64,000 nt of DNA from Octopus sinensis (Eukaryota). The notes below the pieces were generated by a model that searched no databases, was not told where the DNA came from, and worked only from the letters and a program-made list of their open reading frames with translations. The stretch is taken from NCBI RefSeq assembly GCF_006345805.1, contig NC_043004.1, forward strand, positions 79,236,001-79,300,000. The letters run 5' to 3'. Positions 48,898 through 62,255 of this stretch are shown here, piece after piece. Positions within the stretch are counted from its first letter, which is position 1. Every line of letters starts with the position of its first letter. Made by a program: the position numbers and the translations under genes.

Positions 48898-49865
48898 CTA
48901 ACATATATATAGATAGATATATGTTTGAAAAGATAAGTAGAGATGGCTTTTTTTTTTTGGATAATTTATATTTTAACAATAATGTTTACAAGGAGTGACT
49001 CTGATATGAGATTTGAGCTTCAAATAGTTTTTTTTAAACTGAAAAGTGTGTTTTACTGGTTGCTTAAATAGCAAAAATCTTTTTCTTGAACTAATACACA
49101 CACACAAAGTTATCTTTTTCCTAATATTTTTATTTGTTTCAGTCATTAGACTATGGCCATGCTGGGGCACCACCTTAAGGAATTTTAGGTAAACAAATTA
49201 ACTCCAGCACTCTTTTATACTTGGTTATTATTCTATTGGTCTCTTTTGCCAAACTGCTAAGTAAAGATATGTAAACAAAACAACACCTGTTTTGAAGTGG
49301 TATAGTGGGGGACAAACACACATATATTTATATGAAGGGCTTCTTTCAGTTTCCATCTACCAAATTCACTTAGAAGGCTTTGGTTGGCCTCAGGCTATAA
49401 AAGAAGACACTTGCCCAAGGTGCCACACAGTGGGACTGAACCCAGAACCGAGTGGTTGGGAAGCAAGCCTTTACCACACCTGTGCTTATATATGTTATAT
49501 ACTAACTGGTGCAGGTGTGACTGTGTGGTTAAGATATTTGCCTCTCAGCCACATGGTATCCAATTCCGTCCCACTGTATCGCATTTTGGACAAGTATCTT
49601 TTACTATAGCCCTGGGCTGAACAAAGCCTTGTGAACAGATTTTGGCAGATGGAAACTGAAAGAAGCTTGTCAGGAGTGGTTATGAGGTAAGTAGCTTGCA
49701 TACCAACCACATGGTTCTGGTTTCAGTCCCTCTGCGTGGCACCTTGGGCATGTGTCTTCTACTATAGCCTTGGGCTGACCAAAACCTTGTGAGTGGATTT
49801 GGTAGATGGAAACGGAAAGAAACCCGTCATATATATATATATATGTATGTATGTATGTATATATA

Positions 49866-49976
49866 TATAAAATATTATTTGAGACAAAACCACTATTTTG
49901 CAAAACAAACAAGGAAAGACTTAATCAATACATAAAATTTAATAAATAGTGGTTTTGTCTCAAATAATATTTTATA
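49866..49976. repeat. Inverted repeat, ~32-bp arms, ~46-nt spacer, inside a SINE
   Basis: aaatattatttgagacaaaaccactattt / aaatagtggttttgtctcaaataatattt. Confidence 0.85.
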
Positions 49977-52642
49977 ATATTTTACTATAAAATTGGATTT
50001 AATCCTAAATCTGATTTTTTTTCCCTGTAAATTTGGATATATTCCCTAATATTTATTATGTATATATATATATATATATATATATTTTGTGTGTCTGTGT
50101 TTGTCTCCTCAACATTTCTTGACAACTGATGTTGGTGTGTTTATGTCCCCCGTAACTTAGCTTTTCAGCAAAAGAGACTGATATAATAAGTACTAGGTTT
50201 ACAAAGAATAAGTCCTGGGGTCGATTTGTTCAACTAAAGGCTGTGCTCCAGCATGGCTGCAGTCAAATGACTGAAACAAATAAAAGAATTATGCATATGC
50301 TTGTGTGTCTCTCCTTGTCCTGACATCGTGTGATGGTTGTAAATGAGCACCACCCTCATACAAGTGGTGTCATTTGTTTTCAGTCTTCTGTAAGAATATA
50401 TCAGGTGATGGGGGAATATCACCTTGCTTGACAACAGGTGAAGGTTGGCGATAGGAAGAGCATCCAGCCACAGAAACACTGCTTCAATGAAATCCATCCG
50501 ACCCATGCCAGCAAGGAAAAGTGGACATTAAAACAAGATAGATGATAAGGATGAGGATGTAAGGTGTAGGTATGGCTGTGTGGTAAGAAGCTTGCTCCCC
50601 AAACCACATGGTTCTGGGTTCAGTCACACCACATGTCACCTTGGGCGAGTGTTTTCGACTATAACCCTGAGCTGACCAAATCCTTATGAGAGGATTTGGT
50701 AGATTGAAACTGAAAGAAGCCTGTTGTTGATACAAGTATAAAAGTGTAATTGTGCGAGTGTGGTGCATGTGTGTGCTGACAGGATTTGAACTCAGAATCA
50801 TCAGTCATTTAATGTCCACAGCGTCGCCTTACTGGCACTTGTGCCCCGTGCTAGTAGGGTGCCAAGAGCACCATCCAAGCATGATCGTTGCCAGAGCAGC
50901 CAACTGGCTTCCGTGCCAGTGGCACGTAAAAAGGCACCATTCGAGCGTGATCGTTACCAACGTCGCCTTACTGGCACCTGTGCTAGTGGCATGTGTAAAA
51001 GAATTTCGAGCGAGGTCGTTGCCAGTACCGCCTGACTGGCCCCCGTGCCGGTGGCACGTAAAAAGCACCCACTACACTCTCGGAGTGGTTGACGTTAGGA
51101 AGGGCATCCAGCTGTAGAAACTCTGCCAAATCAAGATTGGAGCCTGGTGCAGCCATCTGGTTCACCAGCCCTCAGTCAAAATCGTCCAACCCATGCTAGC
51201 ATGGAAAGAGGACGTTAAACGATGATGATGATGATTCCCAGTACTTGCATGGATCATACAGAATTTGTTGAGGCAGATTTCCGACAGCTGGATACCCTTC
51301 CCATCAGTGACCCTCACCTGTTTCCAAGCAAGGTAATATTTCCCAATGACAAGATATGTTTTTCACAGAAGACTAGAAACAAACAACCTCACGTGTATGA
51401 AAACAGTGAAACTTGTTTACAACCATCACATGATGTCAAGGTAAAGGTACACACACACACAACCCCCCCCCCCATACAGACACACACACAAATCCACGCA
51501 TACACACACCATCAGCTTCTTTCAGTTTCCATCAACCAAATCCACTCACAAGTCTTTGGTTGGTCTAGGACTATAATAGAAGGCACTTACCCAATGTGTC
51601 ATGGCGTGGGACTGGACTCAAACCCATACTGTTATGAAGCAAGCTTAGCCACATGCTTTCCCTGAGACCAACTGGTTTAGTCTCTTATGACACACACACA
51701 TATGGAATACCAATTCTAAACGCTGGAATATACAGAGTCTCAACTCTTTGAGAATACTCTTCGCATCTAATGTTTTTTATACAGACACCGACTTCCAGCT
51801 GTTCAGACAAGACATAAATGGCATCAATGTCACCAGTCTCAGACAGTCTGCAAATGACAGAAACACAGTCTCTTCCGGCTGATTAAACCATTACAAAATT
51901 ATTAGAATTAAGAAAAAAATAATAATTCTTCACCTTTAAAGTTCAAGAACACCCGACAGACAAACAATTCTTCACCTTCTTCGTTTCGTTTCTATATCAC
52001 TTTCGACAGACATTCCTCACAAATTATACTCAACCTAACGTTGTTTCCATGAAATACATAAATATGATAATGCGGTTTCATGACCAGTAAAACGAATAAG
52101 TTATCATCGTTGTTTGTTTAGCTGCAGTGTCTGTATGAATTCCACTTCTCCACCAAGGACAGCCAGACTGAACACACTGATGCCAAATGTGGCATTTCGC
52201 ACAGTTTTTGAAAACACAACTTAAACAAAATTTTATTTTATTTTTCATTAGTCCTATTAATCTCTTTCTGTGGAGATGCCAAGTTGTGTTTCTCTGATGA
52301 GACGACAGAAATAGGAGGCAGAAGCTAAATAATCTTTGAACCATTCCAACCTCATTTGTAGAGGAAAACCACATTAAAGTACTCAGTATAAAAGTGGATG
52401 GCATTTGAAAGGGCATCCAGCAAAAGAAACCATGCCAAAGGAGACACTGGAGTACAAAGAAGTCCTTGGACCTGTCAGATCCTGTCAAACCATCCAGTGT
52501 CATCATGGAAAGCAGATGTTGAATAATAATGATGATAGTGGTGGGGAATGAAAATGATGATGATGGTAGTTGGATGGTGGTGATGATGATTTCAAATATC
52601 AGAGAAGGCTGTCTATTTAAGGAAAAAATTCTAATGACTTAC

Positions 52643-52764
52643 CAATCAAAAAGTTTGGGGAAATTTTCAATTTCTTCCTTTGTATAATCGTCCAGATATT
52701 TCGGAACAGGTTGCAGCTGTCTCAGTTGATCAGATACATTCCGCAAAATCTCAGCCGGAACATC
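52643..52764 (-). CDS. MRPL13: MRPL13 penultimate exon (DVPAEILRNVSDQLRQLQPVPKYLDDYTKEEIENFPKLFD-W)
   Basis: ttttctag acceptor, GTAAGT donor, 122 nt, phase 0/2; matches IPEDILKN...[20 protein letters not shown]. Confidence 0.95.
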
Positions 52765-53389
52765 CTAGAAAATAATTCAAGACAAGGAAAATAAGTGAAG
52801 AATTAATTTAGTTTTACATAGATTTATGTGTGGCTGTGTAGGTAAGAAGCTTGCATCCAAAACCATGTGGTCTTAGGTTCAGTTCCACTACACAGCACCT
52901 TGGACAAGTGCTTGCCAATATAGCCTCAGGCCAACCAAAGCCTTTGGTTGGATTTAGTAGATGGAAACTGAAAGAAGCCCACTGTGTGTGTGTGTGTGTC
53001 ATCATCATCATCATATAATGTCCACTTTCCATGCTAGCATGGGTTGGACGATTTGACTGAGATCTGACGAACCAAACTCCAATCTGATCTGGCAATATTT
53101 CTACAGCTGGATGCCCTTCCTAATGCCAACCACTCCAAGAGTGTAGTGGGTGCTTTTATGTGCCACTGGCACGAGGGCCAGTTTGGTGGTACTGGCAACG
53201 GCCATGCCCAAAAGGCGCTTTTTATGTGCCACCTGCACAGGAGCCAGTCTAGCGGCACTGGTGACAACCTCGCTTGAATGTTTCAAGTGCTAGTAAGGCA
53301 ACGCGGTAACGATCACGCTTGAATGGTGTGTTTAATGTGCCATCGGCACGAAGGCCAGCTTGTTGCTCTGGCAACAATCTCACTCGTAT

Positions 53390-53830
53390 GGTGTGGATAC
53401 AAAATCCTGTAGCATTTTAGACATATTAACTTTGAAGACACTTTGTCAATACCGAATGCAATATAAACTTTTCAGCGTTTGCTCTAATGCTTTTCTTATT
53501 TCTTTCAGATGACTTCAATACTAAATTGTTTAATATTTCTGCAATCTGAGTCCTCTAGAATGAGTGCTGACCAAACACATATAAGACATTGTATGCTGCG
53601 TGAATACAAACAGGGTTCCTCAGCGAAAGATGCAGCAAGAAAAATTGGTTCTACCAATAAAAATGAAGCCCCAACTGTCCAAACATGTCGACAATGGTTG
53701 AAACAACTTCGATCAGAAAACTTGTCCCTCAGTGATTCCCCTCAGGCAGATTGAACAAGTTCCCTCCATCTTGAGATTTTATGGAATATGGTGGAAGAAA
53801 ATCTCACTTCTGTTGAGGCATTCTAGATTG
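53390..53830 (+). mobile_element. Mariner (Mos1/SETMAR-type) transposase N-terminal remnant
   Basis: HIRHCMLREYKQGSSAKDAARKI...TCRQWLKQLRSENLSLSDSP paired-HTH signature. Confidence 0.85.
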
Positions 53831-55689
53831 ATTTATCTTTCTCCTCTTGTCACCCTTACATCCACTGCCTCACCCCGGCCTCAAGACACACCCAAAAACC
53901 CAGTCCGTCCGTCCATCTGCCCTTCCTTCCTTCCCAGAATATTGGCTTTCTGAAACTCCCAGCTCAATGTGTTTTCTGTAGGTACTGACTTGCAATATTT
54001 CAAGAACATCAGCAACATCACATTCGCCTATCTCAGGAACCTGTGAAGGTTGTGGGCCCTGCCCCTTCCTCTAGACACAGCAAGTTAAAAAACAAAATTA
54101 AAAAATAACTACATAACATGTCCCATACATCTGTAGTTTGTTTCAAGAATCTGTGTAGTCACATGTAGACCTAAGCAACTTCTCAACTCTTTGATGTGAA
54201 CTCTTTGACATTGAAACAGGCTGTATCTGGCCCAGATTTTCTACCTGTTTCCTGTTCAAACCAGCCAGATCTGGTGCCTCACATCTATCCTACAATGTTA
54301 TGCTAATTATAAACGATCATCATCATCGTCGTCGTCGTCGTTTAACGTTCGCTTTCCATGCTAGCATGGGTTGGACGAATGACTGAGGGCTGGTGAACCA
54401 GATGGCTGCACCAGGCTCCAATCTTGATCTGGCAGAGTTTCTACAGCTGGATGCCCTTCCTAATGCCAACCACTCCGAGAGTGTAGTGGGTGCTTTTACG
54501 TGCCACCCAAAGCTACAAGATAATGCATGATTAATTCAAACCAATGTGAATAGAGAAGCATTACATGTGACAAAATGATTTGAATGCTAAAGAGTTAAAG
54601 AGATAACTGGAGAGAGAGAGAGAGAGAGAGGACTGAGTAGACAGGAGTAATGTGAAATGAAGTGCCTTGCTCATCATCATCATTTAATGTCTGTTTTCCA
54701 TGTTGACATGGTTTGGATGGTTTGACAGGAGCTGGCAAACCCGGGAGCCACACCAGGCCCACAGTCCTCAGTTTTGGCATGGCTTCTACAGCTTGATGCC
54801 TTTCCTAACACCAACCACATTACTGAGGGTACCAGGTACCTTTTACGCGGCACTAGAATGGGTGCTTTCTATGTGGCACCATCACTAACAAGGTCACCAA
54901 TAACCTTGCAAAATACAGCACACTGCCTGATCTAGGAATTGAACTGACATCCTCTTGATCACCAGCTCCTCACACCTTATCCACTGGGCCACATGTTCTC
55001 ACAAAGCAGCAACAGTAACAAACACGATAAGAAAACAGATTTTAAACTCGACAAAGAAACAATGAAATTGAAATCTTAATAAGAATAAAATAAAATTGTG
55101 TAAGTGTTTTTTTCATTATGAATGAGGAAAGTTGAGATGCTGACACTAAAGAAAGCTGATGATAACAAAAAAAAAGGACTGGAAACAACCAACAAATTTA
55201 TGAAAATATAAACAATAACAAGAAATGTGCTTAGAGAGGTAAAAATGATAATTAAAATGTGTGTGTATATATGTGTGTATATATATATGTACATTGGTTG
55301 TCTACAGGAAAGAAGTTCCTGAAAGAGTGAAGAGGAATGAATGAAATTGAAGAAATGTGGGAAGTGGGGGGACATAAAGAGCGTACAACAAGAACACAGA
55401 TTAATTAGATTAAGGAGAGGTAATTAAAATTGTTGCTGTTGTTGTTATTCAGCCTCCAGGTCAGCTCTGATCAAGCATTCCTACTACCATGAATATAATA
55501 TTTCTTGTGTTAGGTATAGCATATCTAGGACTACATTATCTCATGTGTCCTCCTCAGAGTGTTAACTGAGAGAGGGTTACTTGGTTGCTATTTCTAGTAG
55601 TTTAAGTGATGTATAGAATAACCAGCTGGTTGTGTCATAACTAGATTAGTAAGAAAACAGTGAAAGAAATATTAGATGCTGAAATGCAG

Positions 55690-56455
55690 GAAAGGAACTT
55701 GTTGATTCGAGTGAAAGAAATGAAGCTAGCATGATCTGCTGGATGTGTAATGTCAGTGTGCACACACAACAGGGTGTAAGCGCCCTGAGAGAAATGTTAG
55801 ATATAAGAAGCATCGGATGTGGCGTGCAAGAGAGACGTTTGCGTTGGTATGGTCATGTACTGCAAATGGACAAGGAGAGCTGCGTGAAGAAGTGCCATTC
55901 CCAAACAGTGGAAGGAATCTGGGGTAGAGGGAGACCCAGGAAGACATGAGATGAGGTGGTCAAGCATGACCTTCGAAAGTTGGGCCTCACAGAGGCAATG
56001 ACAAAAGACAGAGACCTCTGGAGGCATGCTGTGACTGAGAAGACCCGGCAAATAAAGTAAGTCCACAGCTGTGACCTACACCAGTGTCACAAAACCAGCC
56101 CACTCAAAAGTATCTTGGATCATAGGGTGACATGCCATGCTTGAGGAGACCCACTGAGTCGAGTACATCAACATCAACAGCAATATCAAAATCAAATCAA
56201 ATGGAAATTGTGACCCCTGTACCGGTAACACGTAAAAAGCACCATCCGAACATGGCCAATGCCAGTGCCACTTTGACTGGCTTCCGTGCCTGTGTCATGT
56301 AAAAAGCACTATCCGATCGTGGTCGATGCCAGCTGTAGAAACACTGCCAGATCAGATTGGGGTCTGGTGCAGCCTCCTGGCTTCCCAGACCCCAGTTGAA
56401 CCGTCCAACCCATGTCAGCATGGAAAACAGACGTTAAACGATGGTGATGATGATG
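55690..56455 (+). mobile_element. RTE LINE 3' end (RT C-terminus + 3' UTR)
   Basis: ERRLRWYGHVL...GRGRPRKT...DRDLWRHAVTEKTRQ, continuing directly into the family C repeat and (GAT)n tail. Confidence 0.9.
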
Positions 56456-57620
56456 ATTTTTCTAGATACAACCTACACAGAAAACTTATCAGTTTCCCAA
56501 GATCCATCATATCTTGGAGGGCTGCAAGCACCTTTCCTAATTGTATTTAGATAGACCAATATACCTCAATCTTCCAAGATACATCTAGGCAGTTTAAGAT
56601 CCGCACATCCAGAAAGGGGATGAACAATTTGATTATGATCAATGTTTTTAAATACATCATAACTAGGAACGTTAGGGTCAATCTTCTTAGATACGTCATA
56701 TATCTAAGACATCTGTCATCAATCATCTCAAATACATCATCCATCAAGTCAAAAATTGCATCATAATCAACAAAGTCATGGCTGTGTGGTTAAGAAGCTG
56801 GCTTTGCAACCCCATGGTTCCAGGTTCAGTCCCACTGCACAGCACCTTGGGCAAGTGTCTTCTATTACAACCTTGAGCTGACCAATGCTTTATGAGTGAA
56901 TTTGGTAAACAGAAACTGTGGAAGCCCATCATACACACACACACATATCTCAGGGATGTACCACCTAGGTAGACAATGCCTACCTTGATTAAAACAGATG
57001 GATAGTAACATTTCCCTTTTATGGCAAAATATGCACCAAATGCAATAAAATTATGAAGGTTACTCTTGTTACTTTGCATAAAATACAAAATATTTTATTT
57101 TTACGTAGATTAGGTAAGCATAATTCCCCCCTGCCTTTCAATCTCAATATTTAAACTACACATAGGACTGCTGTAGTACATGTGCTGCGTACACTCCTAC
57201 AACAATGTTTTCTTTATGTGCTATAAAGGCAGAAGTAAATCTGCCTTCAACTCAGTCGCACACCTGTGTTTTGCTTATTTTTTGTGTGTTTTACTGCATA
57301 AAGATCACCAACTGCCTACCCTGAGTAATTACTGACATATGTGCATGATACACACACACACACACATAGGTAAACACAGTAAAGTGGTTGGCATTACGAA
57401 GGGCATCCAGTCTAGAAACCAGACAATTGGAGTTTTGACAGCTCCCTGGCTAGACAGCATCTGTCAAACTGTCCAACCCATGCCAGCATGGAAAACAGAA
57501 GTACTGGGGTTGACTTGTTCGACTAAACCCTTTAAGATTTTTTCAGCTAAACCCAGTGCTCCAGTATGGCTGCAGTCCAATGAACGAGACGGGTAAGAAA
57601 TCAAAGACAAACGAAATTAC

Positions 57621-57707
57621 CTCTTCTTCATACAGGTGAGTTCGGCGTATCATGTTAGGCCGAAGCAGGTTGCCAGGTAAGGTGCTGTAAATTGCTTTGT
57701 ACATGAC
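57621..57707 (-). CDS. MRPL13: Mitochondrial ribosomal protein uL13m, internal exon (VMYKAIYSTLPGNLLRPNMIRRTHLYEEE)
   Basis: tttctattttcag acceptor, GTAATT donor, 87 nt, phase 0/0; aligns without gaps to human [29 protein letters not shown] (recalled). Confidence 0.92.
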
Positions 57708-57941
57708 CTGAAAATAGAAACAAACAAAATTGCTTAACTTGAAAGGAAAACAATGACTGGACAGAGAGCTCCAGCTTGGCACATGATCAGATATTACCCT
57801 TTTTAACCCCTAAGTAGCTGCTACTACCAGTACTGTTGCTGTTGCTACTACTACTGCTGCTACTGCTACTATACTAACATGAACATTACATTCTGTCAAA
57901 TGTAATGCTTATTATTCACATTGTTTTGAATTTATTATACA

Positions 57942-58326
57942 CTAGCAGTATCGCCCGGCGTTGCTCGGGTTTGTAAGGGAAATAACTATATAAGCATTTT
58001 TAGAGATGTAAAGTATAATAGCCATCTCAATATAGCTAACCACAAAGGGGGGGGGTGTTACTGTAGCTTTTTACGTTCTGAGATTTAATAATAAATTTTT
58101 AGAGTTACTTCCCTTATATATGCCAAAAATGCATTAAAAATGAGAAAAATTGATGGTAAATTTTTTTTTAAATCGTAGACGCGCGCTAATACCCAGAAGG
58201 GCTCGATATGAATCACGACTATAAGATACCCGGTTTTGGTTAAACTGCACCGCAAAATGTGGGAGTAGTTAGGAATCTAAATCGTAGGAGACAGACAGCA
58301 CACAACCTCACTTTTATATATAAAGA
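57942..58326 (-). mobile_element. Non-autonomous Helitron D, second complete copy, in an MRPL13 intron
   Basis: Near-identical to 34039-34433; A|TC and CTAG|T ends. Confidence 0.9.
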
Positions 58327-58989
58327 TTATCTTGTAGCTTTGAGACGTGATTATTTTTTAGAATGGCATTGTAGGGTAGGCACAAAAGGTGGGATCAGGC
58401 TAGTTTGAACATCAAACAGAATATTTGGGACAGGCATGGCTAGTTTAAATGTTAAAGAAGTAATCCTTTGAGCATTCAGATCACCTTCGGCAACGTAAAA
58501 AGCACCATGATGCCAGTGCTGCTGACTGGCTCCCTCCCGTGCCAGTGGCACGTAAAAAGCACTCACTACACTCTCGGAGTGGTTGGCATCAGGAAGGGCA
58601 TCCAGCTGTAGAAACAGTGCCAGATCAGACTGGAGCCTGGTGCGGCCTCCTGGCTTGCCAACCCTGGTCAAACCGTCCAACCCATACCAGCATGGAAAAC
58701 AGACATTAAACGATGATGATGAGGAGGAGGAGGAGGAGGATTTATCCACATTGTTCTGAATTAATCTGGAATTATCTTGTAGCTTTGAAATTTTTATGAA
58801 GTGATTGCTTATTTTTAAAATAACATTGCAAGGTAGGTGTGAGAGGCCTGACCTGGATGGTTTGAATATAGCACTGGGAGAATGTTTGGACCAGGTGTTT
58901 CCAGTTCAAATGCTAAAGGCTTTAAGCAAGAGCAAAATGGGCCTCAAAGACATTAATTCAAACGGAATCATTTACTCAACTAGAATCTT

Positions 58990-59410
58990 CTGCTACTACT
59001 ACTGCTGCTGCTACTACTACTGCTGCCGCTGCTACTACTACTGCTGCCGCTGCTACTACTACTACTGCTGCCGCTGCTACTACTACTCCTCCTACTGCTA
59101 CTACTACTACTGCCACTGCTACTACTACTACTGCTGCTGCTACTACTACTACTGCTGCTGCTACTACTACTGCTGCCGCTGCTACTACTACTGCTGCCGC
59201 TACTACTACTACTGCTGCCGCTACTACTACTACTACTGCTGCCACTACTACTACTACTACTGCTGCCACTACTACTACTACTAATACTGCTGCTGCTACT
59301 ACTGCTGCTACTACTACTACTACTGCTGCTACTACAACTACTACTACTGCTGTTGCTACAACTTCTGCTGCTGCTGCTACTACTACTACTACTACTGCTG
59401 CTGCTGCTAC
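58990..59410. repeat. Complex (CTA/CTG/CCG)n trinucleotide array
   Basis: Directly visible; source of the poly-Tyr/Cys and poly-Val/Ala ORFs. Confidence 0.95.
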
Positions 59411-61013
59411 ACTAACATGAACATTATTTTATTCACTGACTTGTTTCAAGCATTGGATTGTAGCCATGCTGGAGCACTGCCTTGAAATATTTAGTGAAAC
59501 AAATCGATGCCAGAACTTATTCCGAAAACTATCATTTATTCAATTGGTGTCTTTTTTTGTTGAACTTATGTCATGGAGACATAAACAAACCAACACTGGT
59601 TATGAATTAGTTGGGGGACAAGCACAAAGATACGCACACAAGCACGCACACACATATGATAGGCTGCCTCACAATTTCCATCTACCAAATCCACTCAGCC
59701 CAGGGGTGTAGTAGAAAACACCCGAGGTACCATGCAACAGGACTGAACCTGAGACCACAACCTTGATTGAACAGACCTATGATTAATCAGAGGTATCCAA
59801 CCATGAGTCACTTCTTTTAAGGAGTATCTAGGATTACATAAAGTAGCCTCTCATCTCTCTTTTTTAAAGATAACAAGAAGTGATGTGGGGGTGATTTGGT
59901 TGCTATTTCTAGCAGGATAAGGAACCATGCTGAGAGTTCTTAATATTTTTGAGACAAGTTTAGGAAACACTAATGCAGAAAAGATGGATCTCTAAGTCTT
60001 AAAATTATGGGCTTTTTTTCATTCCTTTTTCCTTTTCTTTTCTTTCATTTTTATGTTCTGTTGCAAAATTAAGAACACTTTCAGAACATGAAAAAACAAA
60101 AATAGCTAAATAAAAAAAAAAAATTTAAGAAGCAGCAACAAGAAGAATAAGGAACAAACAAGAAAATAAATAAATTACTTTTTAAAAAATACAAAAAAAA
60201 TATAAGTTTACATTTAAAATTATAACTCTTGAACTCACCCCCTCATCCTTAACTCCCCCCCCCAATTACTGTCCTTCTGAAGGGGGGAGGGGGTTATTGC
60301 TTTTCAGACAAAAATAAATAAAAACTAAAAATATATTTTGTTGTGTGATAAATGATTTTAAGAATCTAATTTGATTTCAACAGACTGCGGGAAGCAACTA
60401 CGATTACGGCAAATTAAAATTAGGTGTATGCATGAGAATCTGTGTGTATACATATTTATAAATATAGTGAAGGAGAGAGAGAGAGAGATTATATGTGTGT
60501 GTGTGTATAAGAAAAAGAGATGACAGAGCAATAAATAATAATCATATGAACTACATTGGCTTAAAGCTGTTTTGGCTGTAAGATGCAGTGGACCCATAAT
60601 TGAGTACCTGAATAACATCCTACAGCTTCAACAGAGCCATAGATATGAAGCGCAATTCATTTGGGAAAGAATTACATTTGTGCCTAGACAGGGAACTGCA
60701 TTAGCAATGAGAAAGTCAATAGAGATGTATATAACAGCAGTGCCCCAGCATGGCCGAGGCTTTGAGCTGAAACTGATAAAAAAAACAAGAAAAATATACG
60801 TCCAAAAGGTAATTATTATATAAAGGGAAAGTTTACGAAAATAAACAAAAGACGAAGGCAGGTGGTGTACAAACAAACAAATGTATTAGAATAGCGCTCA
60901 GGAATAGAAAAGGTCTTTTATGTTTTGAGCCTACGCTCTTCTACAGAAAGATACACAGAAAAAAAACAAGAGAGAAAAAAATGTGTGTAATAGCTAACGA
61001 TCTATCATGGCAT

Positions 61014-61092
<79 letters not shown>

Positions 61093-61200
61093 TGGTAAGT
61101 AGTTTACTTTCCAGGTTCAGTTCCACCGCGTGGTAACTTGGGCAAATGTTTTCTACTATAGCCTTGTGCGTGGATTTAGTAGATGGAAACTGAAAGAAGC

Positions 61201-61248
<48 letters not shown>

Positions 61249-62095
61249 GTGCAGGCATGGTTGTGTGGTAAGTAGCTTGCTTACCAACCACATGGTTCCG
61301 GGTTCAGTCCTACTGCATGGCACCTTGGACAAGTGTCTTCTACTATAGCCTTGGGCCGACCAAAGCCTTATGAGTGGATTTGGTAGACGGAAACTGAAAG
61401 AAACTTGTCGTATATATATATGTGTGTGTGTATATAGGGAGAATTCACAAAAAACACAAAAGACGAAGACAGGTAGTGTAGACAACAAACAGATGTATCA
61501 ATTTATATATGTGTATATATGTTTGTAACCCCCACAATCGCTTGACAACTGATATTGGTGTGTTTACGTCCCTGTACTTAGTGGTTCAGCAAAAGAGACT
61601 GATAGAATAAGTACTAGGCTTACAAAGAATAAGTCCTGGGGGTCGATTTGTTCAACTAAAGGGAGGGCTCCAGCATGGCCAGAGTCAAATGACTGAAACA
61701 AGTAAAATAATACAGAGTGTGTATATGTGAGAGAGAGAGAGAGAGAGAGATTTATAATTTTGGTTACTCAAGAATTATATTTCTGCCAAGCTACTGTATA
61801 CAGCTAAGTTACATCACCGCAAGACACTGTTAATTACTAACGATAAACTTGTAGTCAATTACTGGCAAACATAAAGAAAAAAGGAGAAAAAAATATTCCC
61901 AGATAAAATGTAAACTTGCAAGAATCAAAGAGAATGAACCACTAAGTTAAAAAAAATAGCATTTTATGTTTTTATATATATATATATGTATACATATATA
62001 TATATATATATTATATATATATATATGTAGGTCCCGGGTTGATTCGGGGTTAACCACAGTAAATAAGGTACTCAATACATAGCAGAGTAAAATTA

Positions 62096-62222
62096 ATTTA
62101 TTATATAGAAGGAGCTTCTACAGGACTAGAACTGTTTCATTCAAGAGAAATCTTCAAGCTTCCTGAAGATTTCTCTTGAATGAAACAGTTCTAGTCCTGT
62201 AGAAGCTCCTTCTATATAATAA

Positions 62223-62224
<2 letters not shown>
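62096..62224. repeat. Perfect palindrome, 61-bp arms, 7-nt loop
   Basis: 62096-62156 is the exact reverse complement of 62164-62224. Confidence 0.95.
62157..62207 (+). ncRNA. Type I hammerhead motif with closed stem III, within the palindrome
   Basis: AGCTTC-CTGAAGA-TTTCTCTTGAAT-GAAA-CAG-loop-CTG-TA-GAAGCT; 6-bp stem I; GUA triplet. Confidence 0.7.

Positions 62225-62255
<31 letters not shown>

Noticed and set aside
58805-59284. Tyr/Cys-rich ORF resembling a keratin-associated or reflectin-like protein
   Set aside because: Pure CTA/CTG trinucleotide array inside an MRPL13 intron; no splice signals and no reflectin motif
60810-60960. Hammerhead-like motif on - (ctgtagaagagcgtaggctcaaaac)
   Set aside because: Both core segments deviate and stem I/III cannot be drawn; probably a decayed PLE terminus, not counted
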